Below are positions 32,325 to 41,088 of a stretch of DNA of 64,000 nt, piece after piece. Under the pieces are notes generated by a model, which was given only the letters and a program-made list of their open reading frames with translations, did no database searches and was not told the origin of the DNA. This DNA is from a virus (Duplodnaviria; Heunggongvirae; Uroviricota; Caudoviricetes): the IMG/VR virus record IMGVR_UViG_3300005683_000050, positions 21,669 to 85,668 of that record; one strand, 5' to 3'. How positions within the stretch are numbered: position 1 is the first letter of the stretch; the number at the start of each line of letters is the position of its first letter. The position numbers and the translations under genes were made by a program.

Positions 32325-32906
32325 ATGAAGTATTCTATAATTTACGCAGACCCCGCATGGAGTTATTCTATAAGTTCATCTGTTGCTGGTGGACGTGGGC
32401 AAAATACATCCTATCGTTGTCTGCGACCAGTTGAAATTTACGACATGCCAGTTGAAACACTTGCGGCAGATAATTCGATTTTGTTTTTATGGGATTCTTA
32501 TCCGATGTTGCCAGAAGCACTTTACTGTATAAAGGCTTGGGGTTTCTTTTACAAGACAAACGCTTTTACATGGATAAAGCAAAATAGAAAAGCGGATTCT
32601 GACTTTTTTGGAATGGGTCAATGGACTCGAAGAAATTCAGAAGTTTGTTTACTAGCAACGAAGGGAAATCCAAAAGCGATAGACCGCAGTATTTCAGAAT
32701 TGGTCTATTCACCAATCGGTAAGCATAGTGAAAAGCCTGCCGAAATTAGGGATTTGATTGTCAAGTTGTGTGGCGACCTTCCACGCATTGAGTTGTTCGC
32801 TCGGCAAAGAGTAGCGGGTTGGGATGTATTCGGGAACGAAGTCGAAGGTTCTATACGCCTTCCAACACCGCTTGCACTGGACGGGGATACGCTCCCAGAT
32901 AACTAG
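32325..32906 (+). CDS. MT-A70 family N6-adenine methyltransferase
   Basis: YSIIYADPAWSY...LFLW...AWGF.YKT.AFTW.K...GMGQWTRRNSE.CLLA..G...HSEKP...IELFAR..GWDVFGNE. Confidence 0.9.
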   Translation: MKYSIIYADPAWSYSISSSVAGGRGQNTSYRCLRPVEIYDMPVETLAADNSILFLWDSYPMLPEALYCIKAWGFFYKTNAFTWIKQNRKADSDFFGMGQWTRRNSEVCLLATKGNPKAIDRSISELVYSPIGKHSEKPAEIRDLIVKLCGDLPRIELFARQRVAGWDVFGNEVEGSIRLPTPLALDGDTLPDN

Positions 32907-33292
32907 CAGGTCTTACCCGCTGATGTACTGGTAGGCGAAGGCACTTTGCCCGAACCGCCCCTCCAGTAAATCGAACCGCGTTATCTTTCGGTTGACGCGG
33001 TTGAATGGCATAAAGGCGTCCCCCAATGTGGTTCGAGTCCACACTATATGCAGGTCGAAACTGTAATAGGCATGGAGTTCAAGGGATTCCCCAATAGGGT
33101 TCAATTCCCTACAATCAGCGTCAACCGAAAGCTAACGACATCGGTAATGTTACGTAGCTCGCTATTGATACCTACCTAGTGGAACAGCAGCGCGTCAGCG
33201 CGAGAGCGTTTTAACGGGGCGTGGAGAAGTACCCGACGTTGCGTATAGATTTACCGAAACAGAGACCGCGCAAATTGCGCGGTTTTTTGTTT
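32907..33292 (+). ncRNA. Putative ~380-nt structured RNA with two T-loop hairpins, ending in an intrinsic terminator
   Basis: TGTGG-TTCGAGT-CCACA and TAGGG-TTCAATT-CCCTA, each preceded by CCCCAA; terminator ACCGCGC/GCGCGGT plus T run. Confidence 0.55.
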
Positions 33293-33593
33293 TTGGCAAA
33301 GTCCTAGACCGTAGAACATCTGTTCTATTTTAACGCTGGATTGGACTCCTGCCCTCCTGCGCTATTCGCGCTCAGTCATAGTATCGCGCCGTTCCTGTTC
33401 TTTGTCAAGAGTCGGGATGACTGTTTACGGGTCAATGTCGCAAGTGTTCTTTTGTGGCACACTCAAACATGGATTTTCGCACCCTTGACAAAATCGCAAA
33501 AAAGAGATATGATTATGATATAGAGGTTTTGACATACTGTAATTTGTAGATACCTGCGCCCGATTGGAAACGTAATTGCAGCGTTAAAGGGAA

Positions 33594-36198
33594 ATGGAAA
33601 GTATCAATCAAAGTATGTCAAGGCAAACCTCTAAAATTCAAGACATGGAGGCACGAATGTATAATACACTCAAAGCACTCGAATCGTTACTGAATCTTGT
33701 CTTTGCGATGGGATACAACCAAATCGTAGTAAGAATCAAAGATGCGCCGAATCATGTTTGTCTTTCGGTTTGGCGCGGGCGCGCGGAATGGATGCTACGC
33801 ATTGGTCAAATCAAAGACCAAAGCTGGTATGTGTATTACATTGACAACGGCGGTATTGTCATTCTCTTTGAAGGGTATGTTTTCGCTGACGCGCTCTGCG
33901 TGTTTTTCAAGAAATTGCACGAGATTGCAGATTGACAAAGTGTGGTGACTGGTGTATTATACAGACATGAAAAACATTACCTACCGCGAATACAATCTGA
34001 CGTTTTTCCAGGTTCCAAGTGGGTTTTATATCCACTGCGAAAGTATTGACGAAGAGTTTTATACGTCAATCTTCGACACATTGCAAGGCGCAATTGACGA
34101 AATGATGTGCTTGTGCGATGAACCGTACAAGGGGTGATATATATGCAACTTATCAAATGGAATGCTCTTAACCAGAAACAACGCGATGCGGTCAGGGTGT
34201 CGTTTCCGTATTGGTATCTCGACCAAACGGCAAAAACGATTGAAGGATGGGCAGAAAAACATGCGTTTTGGTTTACCAATCGCGGGAAACTGGCGCAAAA
34301 GCGCAGTGCTGAACCTTTGTCTTCAGCCAACCATTACGAAAAATGCGATACCAAAATCAAAATTCAACTGCACCACGAAAGCGGCAACGACGTACAAAGA
34401 CGCATTGACGCTCTGTATACGTTTCTCGGCAGCGATTATGGATATGGATTACAATTGTTTTTGGATGCGTTCACAGTGAACCGCAATAACGTTCCGATTG
34501 AAATTCGCGGACTGTTTAACGGGTATTTGGAAAACTATATTTATATTCACGGAACACTGACTGTCCGCATTTACTCGATTTGAAAAGTGTAATCAAAAAA
34601 CCGTACAGCAATGTACGGTTTTTTCGACCACGAGCCTTTCGACCACGAGCCTTTCGACCACGAGCCTTTCGACCACGAGCCTTTGTACGTGTGTGTGGTG
34701 GGAATGGACACAGAACGACCCACCGCGCCTACGCGCGGTGGGTCACTAAAAATCTCACCATGAAAATTATCTTACGCCGTTCTTTTTTTGTCAAGTGTTG
34801 GTTACACAAGATTTTTTTGCTGGGTTGGACTCCTGCCCTCCTGCGCTCTTCGCGCTCGGTCATAGTATCGCGCTATTCACGTTTTTTGTCAAGTGGGGAG
34901 TTTCCTATTGACAAAAGTAAGAATCAATCATATAATACAGACATGGAACAAAAACTTATCGAATCACTTGCGGAGAATCTGTCGGCATATAACGCCGAGT
35001 GTGTGAATGATGGGGACGGTCATTATACCCTATTCTTGAATGGTGTACCAGTGATAGGGTACTCTGAATCAAAATCGTCTTGGCGTTGCTACAATGCCAA
35101 CGGTGTATCAGTAGGGCGATATTCTTGTTCGGACGCTCTGACTCACCTTGCGAGTCATTTGTAGCTTGACAAAACATTTGAGTCGTGTTATATTGAATGC
35201 AAGACGGACAAAAAACAAGGGAGGAAAAATGCCGAAAAATCCGATGGGCAAAACGGTCAAAAAGGAAAACGCGTATGCGGTGTATCGCGGCGGCGGATTC
35301 GATTACTTGGTGCTGAAAACGTACCAATCCGCCGAAAAAGAAGATGCGAATCCGTATGCGCGATGGTTTCTCGCGACGCGCTCTCCGTATACGTACGGCA
35401 GTTGGGAGCTGGGCGATGGATACGTGCGCGACGTGAAACGCAGTGCCTATCGCTTGTTGGATACCGACGCGGACGCGTTTCTCAAACGCGAATTTGGCGA
35501 CAAGGCAGGCATTACCAAAGTAACCGCGTGAGACAAAAAGGGGTAGCCGAAAAGCTGCCCCTTTTTTATTTACCCCAAATAGAACATATGTTCTGCGGGT
35601 TACATAAGACATCGGTGTAGAACATCCGTTCTATTTTTGTGCTGGGTTGGACTCCTGCCCTCCTGCGCTCTTCGCGCTCAACGGTAGTATCGCAGGATTA
35701 CTGATTTTTGTCAATATCTGTGTGGCAGATTGACAAACTTTATTAGATTGTATATAATAGCATCATAGCGAAAGGATGAAAAAAATGAAAATCAAAATTG
35801 TTGCAATGGGTGGTCAAGAGGATGCCTCAGCGCGTGATTATTACGCTCACTGTATGGCAATGATTGGAATTGAGGGTGAGGTAGAAGAAATTGCAAGGGG
35901 TGGTTTGGTTGGGATTTGGCAATGCCGCATGGAAAAATGTACTGACCCGACGCTTGGGAATGTCATTAGTCCGTTGGTCTATATTGACAGTGAAAAATCT
36001 ACAGAAACGCGCCCGTGTGGTTACTTGTTTGCACAAATTGTTAGTGGGGGCCCGCGCGATTTGTTGCGCGCAAATCGAGTCGGTGCGTCAAATTATCGTG
36101 TATGGTATCATGGCGATGAATACTCTTCTTGGATTGTGTCAGAGCAAGAGTTAATAGAAGCATACCCGATACTCGCGCGGTCTCTTGGTCTCTCTTGA
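33594..36198 (+). CDS. Small hypothetical genes (33594-33935, 33967-34137, 34143-34583, 34943-35164, 35229-35531, 35776-36198)
   Basis: Promoter-linked; 33967 and 34943 leaderless. Confidence 0.7.
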
Positions 36199-36259
36199 CA
36201 AAAGACTGAGACCGCGCTATAATAGGGGTGTAAGCAAAATTAACCAAAGGGGTGATAAA

Positions 36260-36349
36260 GTGGAAATTCTCGGCGCAAACGTTTTCGGCGTAGAGTTCTT
36301 TTTGTCTGACCTGTTTTGGATTGATTTTGAGATGGAGCGTGACGCCTAG
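36260..36349 (+). CDS. 29-aa micropeptide
   Basis: Own promoter, AAAGGGG SD, GTG start; below the ORF-track cutoff. Confidence 0.5.
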   Translation: MEILGANVFGVEFFLSDLFWIDFEMERDA

Positions 36350-36575
36350 TGCGTCACATCTTGACTAGGGGCGCGCAGCGTTGGGGTTCGATACCCCGTG
36401 CCAGACTGGGCGGAAAATGCGTGGTGAGACGTTCGAAAGCTAATGACATCACATTGACTGTCGTAATTTTGAAGACCCGTATAATCGCGGACATACTGAC
36501 GCGGGGTCTGCTATGCCATATACGCTATCCAAAGTGACCCATAACAAATCAACCGCGCAAGACGCGGTTTTTTGT
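36335..36575 (+). ncRNA. Putative structured RNA related to 32907-33292
   Basis: T-loop hairpin GGGG-TTCGATA-CCCC; shared CGAAAGCTAAYGACATC; similar terminator. Confidence 0.5.
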
Positions 36576-36766
36576 TTTTGGTTCTAAAATAGCAAAGTCC
36601 TAGAATATAGAACATCTGTTCTATTTTTAGGATGCCTGTCCCTCCTGCCCTCCTCCGCTTCGCGGTCAATTGTAGTATAGCATCCCCAGCCGATTTTGTC
36701 AAGTCCTAAATTCGCCCTTGACAAATCCCAGAATGTGACATATAATAGAGTCATAAGGGGGTTAGA

Positions 36767-37003
36767 ATGCTTTCATTCTTAGAATCTTTTACCCGTATAG
36801 CTGTTGCTGAGGGTGCGACATGCAAAATCACGGTCAATGATATGGGATTCAACTTCTATGCGAAAAATGCAGTCGGTTATATCTCCGTTTCATTCGACGG
36901 AGCAGTTTTTACTATTTTCGATGCCAATGGGGATGTATTCGATACAAGGGATGCGAGTTTTGTTAATTCTGCAATCTTGGGCGAACTCACCAAGACAGAT
37001 TGA
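36767..37003 (+). CDS. Hypothetical protein
   Basis: Own promoter and SD. Confidence 0.65.
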   Translation: MLSFLESFTRIAVAEGATCKITVNDMGFNFYAKNAVGYISVSFDGAVFTIFDANGDVFDTRDASFVNSAILGELTKTD

Positions 37004-37175
37004 CAAAGTGCGGTAACGGGTGGATTATACAGATATGAATATCTAAGGGGCGCGACATGCTTAAAATCTGTGTTGTGAATGCAAACGGAAAAGAAGTTTT
37101 GAGGCGCATTGATGGACTTTACGCGTTCTTGGGCGACCCCTTGACAAAGATTTAGTATCGTGTTACAATGAATTT

Positions 37176-37430
37176 GTCGGTGAGAGATTTACGGAAAGTA
37201 CCTTTCGGCGGTGAAGTGCCTAACGCTTGCAAGTGTTAGGGCGATGGACTGACCGATATGAAATCTAAAATCTCCACCGACATCCGACTGCCGTACCGCC
37301 ATAGATAACGGACTGAAGTGGGTCGCGTGAGTAAGTGAAGCGGTACGGCAGTCACATAAACGAAATTTCAAAACTCGCCCCTGCGCCTCTATCCGCGTCG
37401 GACTTTGACAAAGGATATGTGACAGGGGCG
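37176..37430 (+). ncRNA. Putative ~255-nt highly structured RNA
   Basis: Starts 6 nt after TTGACA-17-TACAAT; GTCGGTG/CACCGAC, CCTAACGCT/AGTGTTAGG, perfect 14-bp GACTGCCGTACCGC/GCGGTACGGCAGTC, CGCCCCTG/CAGGGGCG. Confidence 0.65.
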
Positions 37431-37848
37431 TACCTATTGACAAAGGTATGATACCTTGCTATAATAAGAGGGTAGAAAGGGGACAAAAATCATGGACGCT
37501 ATTCTCGGAAAACATGTGCGGGTTAGTGGTAACAGATGTGGCGTGGTCGCGTGGTATACCGACTTGCCTACCGTGTTGGGATTCTCGGTCAGGTACTACC
37601 ATGTTAACCTGTGGGGTAGCGGTGGCACGGTTGCCGCAACAATTGACGAAATCGAATTGCTGTAGGATATGACGACGACGAACAGGGCGAGTCTTGACAA
37701 AACCCTGTTCTTTTGCTATACTACAGTTGAGCGCGAAAGCGTGTGAGGACAGGAGTCCAACCCTACCTTATTATAGAACATATGTTCTGTCTGGATAGAC
37801 AGTTGACAAAAAGTGATTCGTGCGGCATAATAAGGACATGGAGGAAAA

Positions 37849-39771
37849 ATGAAAATCGTTCTGGTATATCAATGTGGCATTGCAAATGTTTTTCAGGTTT
37901 CGATATTCTCGAATGAAAGTAAAAACCGCAATGCAGTGCGCCTGTATCAAGGCAGCTTTGGACACTGCGTTAGCTTCGCGCGAGGGTGCGCGGCTGTTGG
38001 CGCGAATGTCAAAGTAGCAGCTTGCAATCAGGCTGGAGATATTACAAATTCGGTATGGTCAAGCGACATTGACGCCGCGCCGTTTTCGGAACAATTCACT
38101 AAAACGTTCAAGACAATCTAGAGTCTTGACAAATATCCAAACTTGGTGTATATTAGATTTGTAGGCGAAAAGGAGAAAAAACATGAACATTCTTTGCGAC
38201 GACCTGATGCCCGTACTCAAACAGCTGCAATCTGAAGGACTCGAAGTGTATAGTTATACGTCAATGGACATGCGCCAACGCGGAACGGCAACCAAATCGC
38301 TGTACTGGTTTGAGAATGGGTGTGTCTTGAACATTCAACCCGATGAATTCGGTTGGTACTACAATCTTGGCGTGTCTTACATTCCAAGTAGCGCAAACGG
38401 TTCGGGATGCCGCTTGACTCATGCTGACGGATATGGATACCACCCCGAAGGTGTGCGCGCTGACGAAGTACTGAAATTTCGCAACGCGGCAACGTGGGTT
38501 CGCGGCGCGCAGAATTACAAGAGCATGGAGCATTTTCTCAAAGAGCAATCCAAGTTTGTCTTGAAATTCGCGAAATTGGACGCTGACGGCAAAGTGATAG
38601 ACGAGACGCCCTAAAGCGTCTCTTTTTTTTGCGTGTCCATCTTATGTAACCAAGTAGAACAAATGTTCTAATCAAAAACCGAGTCATTGACTCGGTTTTT
38701 TTGTTTTGAGCGCGAAAATGGCTAAGTCCTAGAACATAGAACGTCCGTTCTATTTCGACGCTGGTGCGGACTCCTGTCCTCACACGCTCCCGCGCTCAAT
38801 GTGAATATACCATGCTTGTCAAGTTTTGTCAAATGCTTGACAAATAATCCATCGGCTGCTATAATAGTCACAGTGAGGCGAAAAATGAATCCGAGAATCA
38901 AGGTAAACAAATCACAGGTTGGCGAAATCGTTTCCGCGGTATTCCCTGAATACAAAGGTAGAAAATTCTGGGTAGTGTATGCCGAATCGGTTACGCTGCA
39001 CGACACCAATTGGGGCGGTGGTACACGCAATTTTTATCGCGGACTGAATCGCACTGGTGAAATTCGCAGTCCATTCGTTCCCTCTCCGTGGGTCAATCCG
39101 TTTGAGGGTGCGAAGATTGAATTGACAGCAGAAGTACTTTTGGTAGAACATTCTATTTTCTGTGGAAAAGATTTGGGCGTTACAATTTACGCTCACCCGT
39201 CGCTTGCTGAAAAATTGCTGACCGCTTGACAAATGTAATGCGTAATGATATTATGAACGCATGGAGGCAAACAATGCTTGAATTCATTCACTCGTTTTTG
39301 CATGTTGCAATCATGGAATCGGCACAATGTCGCGTGATTGCAAATGAAAACGGATTCATTTTCAGCGCAGAAAATACGCACGGGAAAATATCCGTAGCGT
39401 ACAAACGCGGTAATCCGTTTCGTATCACATTTGCTGATGACGATTACATGGATACGAACGCCGCTTCGATGGTTTCGGCGCAGATACTCGTCGCACTGAC
39501 CGCTTGACAAATGTAATGCATAATGATATTATGAACGCATGGAGGCAACATGAAAATCAAAATCGCAGTTAAAAAAGGTACGCCGCAGAAAATGGACGCC
39601 GACGACCAACCGACGTTTGAACAATGGTCAAAGCGCGTGGATGCCCTTGTGCAACGTTTCGCTTGCATGTCTTTGTATGACCTGCCAGACGTGCCTTTGA
39701 TGGATTGGTACAACGCGAGACTGCGCCCGATTCGTGCCGCAAACCGCGCGCTGAAATACGCACAAGAGTAA
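37849..39771 (+). CDS. Small hypothetical genes (37849-38121, 38183-38614, 38885-39229, 39274-39507, 39550-39771)
   Basis: Each has its own TTGACA-17 promoter and SD. Confidence 0.75.
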
Positions 39772-39976
39772 AAAAAGAAAACCGCGATATAATTCGCGGT
39801 TTTTTCATTTTTCGACCACGGCATTTTCGACCACGAGACTTCGACCACGGCACTTTCGACCACGGGGATATCGCGCGCGGATAGGGCGCGCGGATAGGGC
39901 GCGCGGCATGACATACCGCACAATTTTTGTGTGTATCCCAAATATCATACCGCCCAAGAGAAATTTTGTCAAGTAT

Positions 39977-41054
39977 GGTTACATAAGACGGCGGCATAGA
40001 ACATCCGTTCTATTTTGACGCTGGCTGCCGCTCCTGCCCTCCTCCGCGTTTGCGGTCAAATGTAGTATCGCGCTAACGCTCACTTTTGTCAAGTAGAACA
40101 TCTGTTCTATTGCAAGTTACATAAGACAATAGAACATCCGTTCCTCTTGACAAATTTTATCACTTAACCTATAATAGGCACATGAGCAAAAAAATGTTCG
40201 GTACACAGAATAGCAAGTTGACACATTTGCAATCGCGGCTAGGGAAAAAAGTCGCGACGTTTGACCTGTTGGCGGGGCATACATGCCCTATGGCAAATTT
40301 ATGTCATGCGCGCGTGGTAGTTCGCAATGGTCACAAGAAAATTCTCAAACTTGGAAAATTCTTGTGTTACGCGGCAAAGGCCGAAGCTGTATATCCGTCC
40401 GTATACAAATTGCATAAAATCAATAAGACGCGCAGCTTGCGCGCAACGTTTGTCAGTCGCGCTATCCGCGAAATTGTCAAAAACAATTTCGAGATTGTAC
40501 GCATTCACTCAAGCGGTGATTTTTACGATTTTGCGTACTTTCAAAAATGGTATACAATCGCGCAAGCATTGCCAAATGTGACTTTTTTTGGATACACCAA
40601 ACAAGCAACGTTTGCAAATTGGCTTATCGCTCACCCGTTACCAAACTTGAAAATTGTGTATAGTCACGGCGGACTACTTGATGACTATGCGGCAGCTCAC
40701 AATCTGCCTACATGCTACGTTGAAACACAAGAGGGCCAGTATCCCAACATTCCCCTAGCATGTGATGCCGTACATAGTGACGACTTTGAGTACGTTATGG
40801 CGCAAGTGACATTCAAGATTGATTTTCACTAAAACGCGCCGAGTCAATGAAAAACCTACGGGAAACAAGTTAAATCCCTGTAGGTTTTTTGTTCTATTCG
40901 TCAGAACATTTGTTCTATCGGTTACATAAGACGGCGGCATAGAACATCCGTTCTATTTTGACGCTGGCTGCCGCTCCTGCCCTCCTCCGCGTTTGCGGTC
41001 AAATGTAGTATCGCGCTAACGCTCACCTTTGTCAAGTAGAACATCTGTTCTATT
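39977..41054 (+). repeat. 135-bp direct repeats (39977-40111 and 40920-41054, 1 mismatch) flanking Gp88-like copy 2
   Basis: Direct comparison of the sequence. Confidence 0.9.
40182..40832 (+). CDS. Phage Gp88-like protein (copy 2), leaderless
   Basis: Clearly similar to 26968-27621: NSKL...TFDLLAGHTCPMANLC...CYAAKAE...RIHSSGDFY. Confidence 0.8.
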   Translation: MSKKMFGTQNSKLTHLQSRLGKKVATFDLLAGHTCPMANLCHARVVVRNGHKKILKLGKFLCYAAKAEAVYPSVYKLHKINKTRSLRATFVSRAIREIVKNNFEIVRIHSSGDFYDFAYFQKWYTIAQALPNVTFFGYTKQATFANWLIAHPLPNLKIVYSHGGLLDDYAAAHNLPTCYVETQEGQYPNIPLACDAVHSDDFEYVMAQVTFKIDFH

Positions 41055-41088
41055 TGACAAATTTCTGAGACCGTGCTATTATATGGTC

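Noticed and set aside
32915-32970. Hammerhead-like core (CTGATG...stem...AAA)
   Set aside because: Reads CTGATGT and TAAA rather than CTGATGA and GAAA; stems I and III not found by eye
33005-36410. Calling the T-loop hairpins at 33028, 33094 and 36383 as tRNA genes
   Set aside because: No D arm or anticodon arm at the right spacing; kept as parts of larger ncRNAs
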